Virus record (IMG/VR): IMGVR_UViG_3300033149_000928
Coordinates: 1 to 64,000 of that record
Length of the DNA: 64,000 nt
Direction: 5' to 3' (one strand)
DNA from: a virus
In this document: one piece after another, positions 38,989-49,992 of the stretch
How positions within the stretch are numbered: the first letter of the stretch is position 1
How the letters are laid out: each line of letters begins with the position of its first letter
Notes under the pieces: model-generated
Databases searched by the model: none
What the model was told of the DNA's origin: nothing
The model's input: only the letters and a program-made list of their open reading frames with translations
Position numbers and translations under genes: made by a program

Positions 38989-40769
38989 TTCTGCCCTCCA
39001 CGCGTTTTATCTTTAACATCAATATCCATATCTTTATTATTTTGAGTCTTATTCTTCTCGTCATCTGCACTATCAAGTTCAGTATCGAGGTCATTTACTC
39101 CTCTTGCGCCTGCGCCTGCGCTTGCGCCAGCCATTTCTGAGGCTTTTGTCTGTGCAATTACGATACGTGCAGCACGTTCTGCGTGTTCTTCCTTGGCTTT
39201 CTCGACCTCGCCCTTTGGATATCCCTTAGCTTCGGATGCTGTCTCCACAGATAGTAACCCATCCTCAATATCCTGGTGGATCGTATTACTGTCTTGTACT
39301 GGAATCTTACTCGCGTCGATCTCCCTATAAACCTTAGTTAATGTCTCTAATTCCACCTTATCAGAGAGAAGAGTAGTTGCAATTTGCTTCGATATCTCTT
39401 TTTTATAGGTCATACTAGCGACATCTCCACGCAAATCTGATAATTTCTCTGATTCCTCTAATCTTTGTTTATCATCTTTCAGAGAATAATTTGATGGATA
39501 TTTCACTGTAGCTTGTTTAGTGGCTTTCTCGTACATAGCCCAAAAACCTGCGACTTTCAGTTCGCCATGCTCAAGTTCTTGACCGATATATGATAAACCT
39601 GCCTCTAATGACTGATCTGTAACCGCTAGGGCTTCCCCAACGGTGTTCCGTGGGACTAGATTCTCGACTGCGAGGTTAATTAACTCCTTTATATCGCGTT
39701 TTAACTGTTCTTGCTTCTTCATTGAGATTTCAAGTGGCTCAGAAGAGGGGTGGATATATGACGGACGTTCAGTACCTTTAGGATATTTGCGCCCTCTAGT
39801 GGCTCCAGTAACGATTTCCTGAGTTTTACTCGTTGCAGCGGCTCCAGCGGTACCTGGGAGGTCAGAAGATGAAGTTACCTCTCCTGTTGCACCTGTTGCT
39901 CCTGCATTATTCTGTCTTAGATGGCCACTAACGATTCTTGGGTCATATTGTTCCGTATAGAACGGGAAATTACTCTTAAAGGAGTAGTTCATATCAGCGG
40001 AAGCTAGATTTAGGAGAGAGACTTGGATATCTGCGACATCCACTAATAAAGATTGGGATAACTCAAAGACCACAAAGGGAATCTTAGGGATATTAAGTTC
40101 TGTGGTAGCTGTCTCTGCCCCTTCTTCATTATAAATAGTTACTAAAACTGTTCCCTCTGGTGTTAAGCGGAAATATCTATATTCCTCTGCCACATCAACA
40201 GGTAGAAGTGTGATGGGGTCGATAACATTAACGAACTTCCTCAATAATAATGCTGCAAATTCATCTGGCTCGACATCAGTACGCATAGTCCATGAACGGA
40301 TATCTTCACGACGGTAAATATATGTGTAAGGGTTCTTCCCTACTTGTTCAAACTGGGATTCCCCGATATCTTTAGGCATATCAACGAAAACACCGACCTT
40401 ACCCATTGAGATCAGTTCCGGGAGGACCGTACAGCCAATGAAATTATTCATTGTGCTGTTCTCACGGTCAACACCTTTATCTCTGCCCTCGATGGCATTC
40501 ATATAGCTCGGAGTGCCACCTTTACGTGTGATGTCCTGCATACGCTGGAAAATGGAGTTCTTAATCTCATTAAGTGAGGACTTCGCAAAGGAGGGACTAT
40601 ATGAGATATCTTTCCTATCTTCGTAATCACTTTTGTTTTCCCTAGTAGAGAAATACTTCAAGTACTTATTTAAGAAGGCTTGACCACCAGTATATGTAAG
40701 TCTCCACTTCTCCCATTCTGGGACAAGTATATCATATGCTGGATGTGTGATTGTAGTGATATCAGCCAT
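38985..40769 (-). CDS. Portal protein
   Basis: Follows the terminase; HPAY...W..WR..Y.GG...YL...E....Y..R N-terminal pattern, IPFV. Confidence 0.85.
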   Translation of the reverse strand: MADITTITHPAYDILVPEWEKWRLTYTGGQAFLNKYLKYFSTRENKSDYEDRKDISYSPSFAKSSLNEIKNSIFQRMQDITRKGGTPSYMNAIEGRDKGVDRENSTMNNFIGCTVLPELISMGKVGVFVDMPKDIGESQFEQVGKNPYTYIYRREDIRSWTMRTDVEPDEFAALLLRKFVNVIDPITLLPVDVAEEYRYFRLTPEGTVLVTIYNEEGAETATTELNIPKIPFVVFELSQSLLVDVADIQVSLLNLASADMNYSFKSNFPFYTEQYDPRIVSGHLRQNNAGATGATGEVTSSSDLPGTAGAAATSKTQEIVTGATRGRKYPKGTERPSYIHPSSEPLEISMKKQEQLKRDIKELINLAVENLVPRNTVGEALAVTDQSLEAGLSYIGQELEHGELKVAGFWAMYEKATKQATVKYPSNYSLKDDKQRLEESEKLSDLRGDVASMTYKKEISKQIATTLLSDKVELETLTKVYREIDASKIPVQDSNTIHQDIEDGLLSVETASEAKGYPKGEVEKAKEEHAERAARIVIAQTKASEMAGASAGAGARGVNDLDTELDSADDEKNKTQNNKDMDIDVKDKTRGGQK

Positions 40770-40874
40770 CTTATATTGTCCTTCTGTTTAATAACTTATA
40801 TTTAGTAACTATGCTTCTTTTGATTTACTAAATCACAACCTCATTTGACTCACCTGAGCCGCGTAGCGGCTCCC

Positions 40875-42533
40875 TTAGTCAGTAATATCATGGCTCCCAG
40901 ACATCTCCGCAGCGAAGTTCAGTGCTAATTCATTATATACACGTGCATGTGCATGGTGGTCAGCATCGGAACCACATACATATTTGGCTGTGGGATTACC
41001 ATGTTGATTACGCTCATATATACGTACAGGTGATTTAATATGATCGCGATACTCTATACCCGTGTCTACCGGGAGACTGATAGTGCGGTTGCGGAACCGA
41101 CTCAGTGCCATATCTAACCAGGAAGTCCTATCAACGGTGATGGAATGTTCGATCTCCTGTCCAACCGCGATGGCTTTGCCCTGTATACCTGGACCATAGA
41201 AACATATCTTCACGTAACCGAGGAAACGTTGCGCGAACTCGAAAGACTTTCGTCTTTCGGGCTGAGCATCAATAACTGCATATTGAATCTGGTAGGCATT
41301 CATTAATAGGTCTAGTTCCTCGAAATTCCTGACCTTACCTTGTTTAAGTATACGCACGTGTGCCTCAATATTAAGGTCAGAGGTCATGCGTGTGGATGGG
41401 AAGCCCCATTCACCAATCTCATAATGTAACCATGTGCCAACGTCAATACCCATTGTACGCATCTTATGTGTGGCAGGAGCACCGTTCTTATATTCCTTAA
41501 TGCATTGGTCAATCTCAGGATCGGTGACACGTGCGCCATCGACGATGTGGGGTAGACCGAGTTTGGAATTATAGAACTCCTGTTCATCAGCCGCATTGCT
41601 CAAGCCATTTATATATGACTTAGCCAACATTGCTGGGTGTACTGTCATCGAGTACATTTGGTTAATATAGAAGCCTCTGTTGTCGCTGTCCCTTTTAGTA
41701 CTATCAGCTTGAGGTATCCAGTAGCCACCCTGTAGATAATGGACCTTATCTTCATGTGACAATTCACGTTTACACTCTGTACAGATGAGATGTGAGACTT
41801 TATAATTTTCCTCATTAATAACAATAGACTCAGGATATATTAGCTCAATGGCCTTCGCACAATGTGGACATGGGAAGAAGAAATGTTCTTGTGTGGACTC
41901 ATTGAAGTATTTGTTGATACCGGCGTTATTAATACTAGGAGTGGATATACCCCACACCTGCCATATTAATTGTCCTGATGTACGCTCGAAGACTAGGGGT
42001 ATATGTTCTTGTGTCATTTCTTCGAGTTCATCAAGTACGATTAGACCTGCTGGCACGGACTTTAACCCAGCGCGGGAGCGACTCCCTCTAATGTATAAGT
42101 TCGCTGATCCTGCTCTCTTATGCCCGACGTTCTTCGTCTCAGTGAATAGTCTTTGGAGATAGGGTGATAGCTCCACCGCAGGATCAAATCTTGCCGCAGA
42201 GAAATCGCTTGCATCAGGGGTTTTCGCTGGTAGTACATATAAGCAAGACACCCCGTTCACGTCGATCTCAAAGAATACTTTATTAAGGACAGTCTCCGTA
42301 TATCCCATCTGTGCGGCTTTTTGTCCCCACACGAAGGTTGTATCGGCATCATGCATAGCCTTGAGCCAAGGATGGTGGAGAAAGGTCCACGCTCCGGGGA
42401 ATGGCTTACCCATGACCCTGTAGTTCTCAGCCCATTGTGAGCATCTCTTAATAGAGCGTCTGTTCAAGCCAGTGGCTAGACGCTCTAAGAAGATGGCTTC
42501 TATGCTACTATTTTTTGGTTCTGTTGCCACCAT
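40875..42533 (-). CDS. terL: Terminase large subunit (lambda gpA-like)
   Basis: KAAQMGYTE Walker A, IVLDELEE Walker B, ISTPS, CPHC/CTEC Zn motif, MGIDVG nuclease motif. Confidence 0.92.
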   Translation of the reverse strand: MVATEPKNSSIEAIFLERLATGLNRRSIKRCSQWAENYRVMGKPFPGAWTFLHHPWLKAMHDADTTFVWGQKAAQMGYTETVLNKVFFEIDVNGVSCLYVLPAKTPDASDFSAARFDPAVELSPYLQRLFTETKNVGHKRAGSANLYIRGSRSRAGLKSVPAGLIVLDELEEMTQEHIPLVFERTSGQLIWQVWGISTPSINNAGINKYFNESTQEHFFFPCPHCAKAIELIYPESIVINEENYKVSHLICTECKRELSHEDKVHYLQGGYWIPQADSTKRDSDNRGFYINQMYSMTVHPAMLAKSYINGLSNAADEQEFYNSKLGLPHIVDGARVTDPEIDQCIKEYKNGAPATHKMRTMGIDVGTWLHYEIGEWGFPSTRMTSDLNIEAHVRILKQGKVRNFEELDLLMNAYQIQYAVIDAQPERRKSFEFAQRFLGYVKICFYGPGIQGKAIAVGQEIEHSITVDRTSWLDMALSRFRNRTISLPVDTGIEYRDHIKSPVRIYERNQHGNPTAKYVCGSDADHHAHARVYNELALNFAAEMSGSHDITD

Positions 42534-42536
42534 TTC

Positions 42537-43085
42537 CTACTCCGCTACCGTTATCCGAGCCATAGCCGAATTAATTTGCGCCGCTATATTTTTGATACGT
42601 TCTTCATCATCCACTTCTGCCGTGATGATTTGGATCAATTCGTCAGCAAGTTGGATCGCTTTATTCTTATCTAGGAGTTGTCCGAGATTGATCTCAAGTT
42701 TGTGACAACTCGCGACTAGTTTCTCGATGCTTAACACCAGTCCAGAGATGGCGGTCGAGCGCATCATTAAATCGCCTTCATCATTACAGGCATTAATTTG
42801 CGCCTCTAATAACATCCTTAGGACGCCGATCTCTTCACGGAGTCCCTTAATAGCGGGATTAGTTGTGAAGTCTGAGAACCGCTGTTTAAATTTCCGTAGG
42901 TTATACATAAACTTTTGTTTTTCATCTTGTACCTTCATAACTAATGCCCCTGTATGTGCTTCACAGTAGTTTGCCCCTGGGACTGCTTTATACCTGCATT
43001 GATTATTATTATGTATAGCCTGACAGCGCCGAGGGTCGTCATCACGCAATATTAATTGTCTTTCACTGTTGGGGTTCTCTGGCAT
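42537..43085 (-). CDS. Terminase small subunit (putative)
   Basis: Directly upstream of terL; RCQA...QC...YCEAH Zn finger, LREEIGVLR. Confidence 0.7.
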   Translation of the reverse strand: MPENPNSERQLILRDDDPRRCQAIHNNNQCRYKAVPGANYCEAHTGALVMKVQDEKQKFMYNLRKFKQRFSDFTTNPAIKGLREEIGVLRMLLEAQINACNDEGDLMMRSTAISGLVLSIEKLVASCHKLEINLGQLLDKNKAIQLADELIQIITAEVDDEERIKNIAAQINSAMARITVAE

Positions 43086-43155
43086 ATTAATTATTCTTTG
43101 TTTTAGTCTTTACTATTGTTGTATACTTCGTCGAAGAGTAAATACTCCACACTTT

Positions 43156-43185
43156 ATTATACGCTAAATCGCAAGAAAAAGCTAG
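43156..43185 (-). promoter_or_regulatory. Putative promoter CTAKCTTT-N14-CGTATAAT of the morphogenesis operon
   Basis: ctagcttt-ttcttgcgatttag-cgtataat about 70 nt upstream of terS. Confidence 0.7.
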
Positions 43186-43385
43186 GCTTTATTTATTATT
43201 TTATTTCGACGAAGAGGGTGTCTTTTAGTTGTAATAAACCTTTACCCTCCCAAAAAAATATGAAATTTCTTTGGGTCGAAATTAGAAAACACCCTCTTAT
43301 TTTTTCGTGTATATGGAGGTACTTATTTAACTTTGTTTTATCCACCCCTCCTTCTTTGATTTAGTAAATCAAGATTCTTATGGGT

Positions 43386-43482
43386 GGGTATAGGGTATAG
43401 GGTATAGGGTATAGGGTATAGGGTATAGGGTATAGGGTATAGGGTATAGGGTATTGGTATAGGGTATAGGGTATAGGGTATT
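43386..43482 (+). repeat. Tandem heptamer (GGGTATA)n, about 13-14 copies
   Basis: Read directly; two GGGTATT variants. Confidence 0.95.
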
Positions 43483-43667
43483 GGTCCTTGAGTCACTTGG
43501 ACTGAGGGTTTTAGGTGCTTGTTAGTAATTGTTGGCTAAAAATACAGGAGTGTGGGATAGTGGTGGGGAGTGGGGGGGTTGTTCTAAGGTCATGCCGAGA
43601 TTTCTTCCGATTTAACCCTCCCACCGGGCAAAGCTGTCAAGCCTCCCGGTGGGGTCGCGTCTTGAGC

Positions 43668-43952
43668 CTAGCAACCCGGCAAGCTGCGGCGTATCAACCG
43701 CTGAAGATTGTACGCTTCTCCGAGTGTGATCTTGTCACGCGCAAAAGCTTCATCCAACAATTCGACAAGGGCTTCCCTCATTCTGTCCGTGTGCTCCTGG
43801 CCCTTGCCGTGCGTCTGTTTGGCTTGTGCTTCGATAAACTTGTGAAAGGTGAGAGAGTAATCGGGGCGGGTCGGGGTTGAAATGGCGGCAATGTTCTTTG
43901 CGGCTATTCTCTCGGCTATTGACAGTCGTGGTCCGTGGTAAGTGAAAATCAT
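43668..43952 (-). CDS. Hypothetical protein in GC-rich island
   Basis: GGAGG upstream; 94 aa. Confidence 0.5.
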   Translation of the reverse strand: MIFTYHGPRLSIAERIAAKNIAAISTPTRPDYSLTFHKFIEAQAKQTHGKGQEHTDRMREALVELLDEAFARDKITLGEAYNLQRLIRRSLPGC

Positions 43953-43999
43953 TTCTCGTTCCTCCGGTCAACGGGTTTGATTTAGTAAGTCAAAACAAT

Positions 44000-44036
44000 C
44001 CCCTTGCATCCATACAATTTGTATAGATGCAAGGGG
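44000..44036 (-). terminator. Stem-loop after the second ParB-like gene
   Basis: CCCCTTGCATC...GATGCAAGGGG, followed on the minus strand by ATTGTTTT. Confidence 0.6.
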
Positions 44037-44050
44037 CAAGGGTCAAGTGT

Positions 44051-45001
44051 TTACTGACGGCTCGCGCAAGTCGCATCAAGCTCGGCAAGCTCGGCCAAGG
44101 CGTCCCGTTCCTCTTCTCCTTCCCCTGGCTTATCGAACAAGGCTCCGAGAGCCTTGAAAACGTCGCTACTGAAAGTCAGCTTCCGATCAGCGATAAGCTT
44201 CCCGGTCAATTTGTTCGGGGCTTTCTGCTCGGCGGGGTCGGCTTTCTCTTCGACCGCTTTGACATGGGCCGAGAAGATTGCTTCGACCTCTTCGGGGGTC
44301 TTGGCGTTGCTCATTTTGCTGACAACGTCGTTGGGATACATCTTGGCCTTGCGTGTTCCGGCGTTGCGTTCGTCGTATACACCCTCTTGATGCTTGGTGG
44401 GTAGCTTGGCAATTTTGGCAACGGCTTGCAATGCGCCGCGAGATGCTTTCTGCGCTTCCTGAACGCTGTCGGCATTTTTGCTCGCGGGGGAAATGCGGTG
44501 GAGAATTTCCCTTGACCGTGACCACAAGAAGCTGACCACTGTGTGGTCGGTCAAGCCCAAATCGGTCATAATGCCGACTAAGGCGCGGGTGATATCTCCG
44601 AGTCCCTTCTCCACGATACCAGTGCCGGTATCGTTCAAGGCAAGGAGCATCGCTCCGGCATTGTCGCCAGTGTAAACAAGGCATGGCACCTTGCTTTCGC
44701 CATCGACATACTGCAAGCGCCGATTGCCTTGGATGGTCTTACCATCGGGGAAGATCACAGCCGGAAATTGTGGGTTCCAGCCGGTCGCCATGCTGTCGGA
44801 CAAGGCGGCATCCCCGAAGGCATCAGGGGTGAGGGTGCGGGGGTTGTCGTCCCAGATTGAAAGCGTGTTGGCTTTCCGGTATTCGATCTTTTGACCGTTG
44901 ACCGTGGGGATGGCTGAGGCCGCTTTCTCCCCTGCTTCCTGCTTCTCGGCTTCACGCTTCTCGGCTGCGGCTTTCTTCTCTTCATCAGACATTTTCGCCA
45001 T
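44051..45001 (-). CDS. Divergent ParB/Srx-like protein
   Basis: WDDNPR, LSDSMATGWNPQFPAVI, TIQGNRRL (GxxR), KVPCLV. Start MAKMSDEE at 45001 has a GGAGA RBS; the longer NQ-rich extension is probably non-coding. Confidence 0.6.
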   Translation of the reverse strand: MAKMSDEEKKAAAEKREAEKQEAGEKAASAIPTVNGQKIEYRKANTLSIWDDNPRTLTPDAFGDAALSDSMATGWNPQFPAVIFPDGKTIQGNRRLQYVDGESKVPCLVYTGDNAGAMLLALNDTGTGIVEKGLGDITRALVGIMTDLGLTDHTVVSFLWSRSREILHRISPASKNADSVQEAQKASRGALQAVAKIAKLPTKHQEGVYDERNAGTRKAKMYPNDVVSKMSNAKTPEEVEAIFSAHVKAVEEKADPAEQKAPNKLTGKLIADRKLTFSSDVFKALGALFDKPGEGEEERDALAELAELDATCASRQ

Positions 45002-48000
45002 GATATCGGTTCTCCATTTCGGGTTTGTGGTCCTTGTGCCGTCCATACGGCGCAAGGATGTAGCGTTCTCTATGCTATAGGCTTTTCCTCCGTCTGCGAG
45101 TCTTTGATTTGATAAATCAAAATTTGCTCTTGCTTGCGGGTCAAGGTGGTCAACATATCGGGCATTCTCCCAACATAGGACAAGGCTACAAGCCGTATCA
45201 CTATTTTTGATTTGATTTTCTTGATTTGATTTTTGGTTTTGGTTTTGGTTTTGCTTTTGGTTTTGGTTCATGGTTTTATCCTTTCAAGACACTATAATAG
45301 AAGCATATCCCATGCCAGACTCTAGGAATTTTGTGCATTATTGTTACTCGTTGATATGTATAGACTTACCGGATCGACTATGCCTATTTCTTGTAAGTCC
45401 CTTAAAAGTCCCGATACTACAAGATATCTTGTAAGTCCTTATGTGACAACGACTTATGAGTGCAACATTTCATTACCTTTGTGGGATTTCCCCACAGTCT
45501 CGATTTTTACTTCTAACCTGTTGATATATAAGGCTTTACCGAGTCTTAAAATCCGACATTGATTCTTGATTTCCTACACTTTTTGTGTAACGATATGTTA
45601 AGTCTATATATGATAAAAGGTTATGGGGTATGGGTCGCTCAGAATACTATCATATGCTATCATGCCTGATATGGGCTTATATAATGTATTAAAGCAAGTA
45701 TTGTTCCAGTTTTGATAATTTCCGATATTAGTTGACCTTATTTTTGATTTTGGTTTATGATTTGATAAACCAAAACCAAGTGTCGGATTTTCCTACGGCA
45801 CTTTCTGCCGCATCATTTTGACACGGCAATTTCTGCCGCTGTAACAAAAGCTTACTTTTGTAACATATTTTTGCGTTTTGTAACAAAAGTTTACTTTTCG
45901 ACCGATTTTCGTATATCCTAGTTTATGCCGGACCCGGTTCGTGATAGATATTCCGGGAAAATTATTGATTTAATAAATCATTTTCACTTTTACAGGGCGG
46001 GTTTCATGTTTTCGGACATCGAACTCTGATAGCGGATAATTCATTTGGACACTTTAATTTTGGTACATTATTCTCTGAGTATTGGTCATGGATGTGGAAT
46101 ATGGATATTTGGGTGAATTGTAGGTTATTTGGGTGTGGATTATAGGGTGTTTAAAGATGATTTTCACGCATCGGATCTCGGCCAGACAAAACAACAAGAC
46201 TATGGTTTTCGGTTTCGGTTCTCGATTGATGGTTTACACGTTTTCGTGTAAGAGACAGAATCGAGGTTATGGGTTTCTCAGACCCCATATCCCTTTACGT
46301 AGCAACAACTTACTACTTTCCTATATCCCGTAAGTTTTATGTAAGTCTTGATTTCCTACACATAATTAATTTCACTCAGATTATTACATAACCTGTAAAG
46401 TCCTAATAGAGCTACAAAGCCCTCCACATGTAAAAGCCTTTACACGAAAAGCTGATATTTTCACTCCTTATCTTTTGTTTAGCTTATCGACGAAATAAAA
46501 GTACTTATGAGAGTATATGAGAGTATATGAGAAAGTGTAGGATTCCACCACACTTCTCGTAAGTCGTTGATATGTATATATATATATGTACCTAAAAACG
46601 TGTATTTAATATAAGTCGTTTTCACAAATGCCTTTACCGAATCCCCATTACGTTTTCCTCAGTTTAGACGCAAGCCTTTTGAGGTCAAGGACTTACTACT
46701 TCTACTTACTGACTGTTTTCTGAGTCACCCATATGGAACAATTATATAATATCTTTTATATGGGGTTAACTGAAAACCATCCAGTTAGTAAGCCCCCGAT
46801 CCACGGCTCTCGACCCCTCTAAGCCTACCCACCAGCAAAGTGCTGAGCATGGGTATACTCCATCCTAAGCCGCTTTGTCAACTTTCCGGGGGCATTGGAC
46901 CTTGAGCCAAGGCAAGCCCTTAGAATCGACGACTAACTTAGTCGTAAAGCAAAACGTAAAGAAATGAAAAGAGTAAAAGCACCTGACAGAAAGAGTAAAG
47001 CAATGGTAACGATACATTACACACTGAGAAAGGTAAAGGGAAAGGTAAGGTAATGTTACATAGTAACGTATCGTTACACTAAGGGACCAAATAAAATAGC
47101 CCAGGAACATATGTCCCTGGACCACTAGCCAATACCATATTAATTTTAGCCACAATCACAACTCTTGATTTACTAAATCACGTAACCACTGTCACATTCA
47201 TATAGGATAATACACACCCATCAATAACATCTCGGTCTGAACCACTAATCTGTGGTGTAGTAGATAATATACGATGGACCTCGGCTAAGGCAACATCAGA
47301 GAGGGCTGCTGGAACACGTACATCAGTACCACTAACCTTAACTACATTAATATTAACAGTAAGAGCAACATTCACGGCTACGCCTCCTTAACTAGTAACC
47401 TTACCCAACGTCCCAGACACACGGTCCACGACTATTTGAGCACAAGCCTTACAAACAGGTAGTCCAGTCCCATCTAACAAGTAATGCACCGCATGACCAA
47501 TACTCTCATAGCAAGGTAAAGAAGTGACATCCTTCCCACATACAGACAAATTACCTTCTGACCAGATATCACGTATACACAAAGAGGGCTGTTTCATCAA
47601 TCATCCTCCGGCTGCGCCACCCTAACGACCCAATGTCCCACCCAACGTATTCTCCACTTGCGTCAATGCCTTATCGAGATCACTTACAGGCATGGCGTCA
47701 ACAATGGCATCAAGGTCCAGACTAAGCTGACCACCAGAATACACACGCTTGAAACGGAACTGCTGACCCTCAGTACAAGTAGTTAAACCCTCTTTAATAG
47801 TCTGCCTAGCAAACGCCTCAATAGTTTTATTCATGGGCTACGCCCTCCGGCTGAACTGTTAAATGTATCCTATGCTTTACCTCACATTTCGAGCATAAAT
47901 GTATTGTCCCACATTCACAATCATGTCCATCCCAATAACAAGGATACTTACTACCACACTCTGGACATGTGAACCAAGAATTATAATGCCAGAAAGTAGG

Positions 48001-49519
48001 ACATTTAAATAGATAATGGAATAGCTTCTTAATCATACCGTCCCTCCATCATAAACCTCAACCCGTTCACTACTACACTTAGGGCATATGTCTGGAAGCA
48101 GCCTCATTATTATCCCGATACCCACCCAATAGCCTGTCCTATTTCCGCTAGGGTAAGGTCCAAAGGATCACCACTGTCACAACCGGAACCATCGACCTCG
48201 GCTCCAGGACAAAGGCGATTAAGCAAAGAATGAATAGCCTTTTGCCACCGTCCCTGCTCCTTAGCCACTGGACCTTCATCCTCACCCATTTGATTTAGTA
48301 AATCAGAGAGTGTAATACGTAAAGCCCAATAATCTTCACGTTTAATCCATTCTCCAATACGAATACTTGATCCACTATCATCCTCAACCTCAACAAAATG
48401 TGGAGAATTATTATCTGGTGGACCATCGAAAATTATATTAATGGCCTGTGGAGGAGTAGAGGCAAAAATAGTAAGAGGAGCAGGTTGATTACTAGACATA
48501 GGCTCAATAGTCCTATCCTTCATACATACATACTCTAAAGTAAGTATACGTCCCAGCCTCACCCTCTATAGACATCTCAATATCTTCATCCCGCATAGCG
48601 AGATTCAATTCCCTACCCTCCTTAGTCCGAAGAGTAAGGCCACGATAGACTTCCTCCAAAACGATACAGCCAAGCTCATTAACGTCAATCTTCATAAGTA
48701 CTCCTTCAACACCGATAATGTATTGGATCGCGTAAATCTAAACCACAAGCCTTACAAGAATCATCCTGTGGGCTACCTTCCTTAGCCACATGAATATGTC
48801 CGAAGGTCTTTCTTAGACTTGCTATTTCAAGACCCATATTATCATTTGCCCTTGGACTATACTCTTTAATCAAACCCTCAATCCAATCTTGAGACTCTGT
48901 TATTTTATCCACTATGACCTTCCCTCCAGTCCCTAAGTACACTCTCCAAACCCGTATGAACCCTATCCACCATATTCCAACTCCGTTTCCATCGTGCCTC
49001 AGCTAGAAGATTAACACTCTTCTCTATAGTGCTAATTAGCTTCGAGGTCAGTTGTCTTTGAGTGATAGTACCCCAAATCTCCTCACTTACCTTTGTAGTC
49101 GTTTGATGATCTATTGGATTTTGATTTGCTGAATCATTATCCTGTAGCCCCATACTACTACGAACAGCCTTATTACAACAAGGCTGAGGTCCAGTGAATC
49201 CATGTTCATTACAATGCCACATACTCATATGTCTAATCCTCTCTTCTTTAGTCGAGCAGCTAAAGCTGCACCGCTAGGAATATCTATCCCAGGATTCATT
49301 TTACGTATCGCACGTAGAGAAACATTAGCCTTAGCCCTCTCCCTCTCCCTATACTCTTCAGTTACCCTCGCAGACTCAATACGCTCAGCCTCAGTCGGAG
49401 TACCATTATTCTCATAAGCACGACACTGGGGATCACAAGTCCCAAGAGAAGGATGGCAATTTACTGGGATTGATTCCTTTGTATTGAACCACTTACAACT
49501 TCTCTCGCCCCATGACATC

Positions 49520-49992
49520 TCAATCCTCCGTTGCGCCGCTTTGATTTAGTAAATCAACAATCTGATCTTGATAATCAACCCAAGCCATAATATATCTACG
49601 CTTCCTTTCGATTGGCTCTTCATTTCCAGGATAAGAACAACTCTCACTGTCACTGTCCATACGTTTGGGGTTAGCAACGAACTCCCTACAAGCTATAGGC
49701 CGATGGCGTTCTTCCTTAATCTTACACCCTGTATCCGTTAATAACGTACATATCCCTGCGCCCGTTGTATTCACGATCTCCCTTGGATCATGTGTAACCC
49801 TTGGTCGCATGAAATAGCAACGTGAGAGTCTATCTACTAGAGCTATATCACCATCCCTTGGATCACCGACCCACCAATCGAAGATGAAGTCTCCTTTAAC
49901 AGCGGCTAGGAAGTCTCCAGCAGGAACATCCTCTGGAAATGCTGACAACATTGCCCGCCACACTCAGCACATACATGAATAGGGTCACTCAT
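49520..49992 (-). pseudogene. YkgJ-like Zn/Fe-chelating protein, frameshifted
   Basis: MSDPIHVCAECGGQCC (start 49992) is in a different frame from CTLLTDTGC...RPIACREF. Confidence 0.55.

Noticed and set aside
45002-45271. NQ-rich N-terminal extension of the second ParB-like ORF
   Set aside because: Derives from TTTTGG/TTTGAT low-complexity DNA; a good RBS precedes the ATG at 45001.
46510-46590. ATGAGAGTAT and (TA)n microrepeats
   Set aside because: Simple slippage repeats with no further structure visible.
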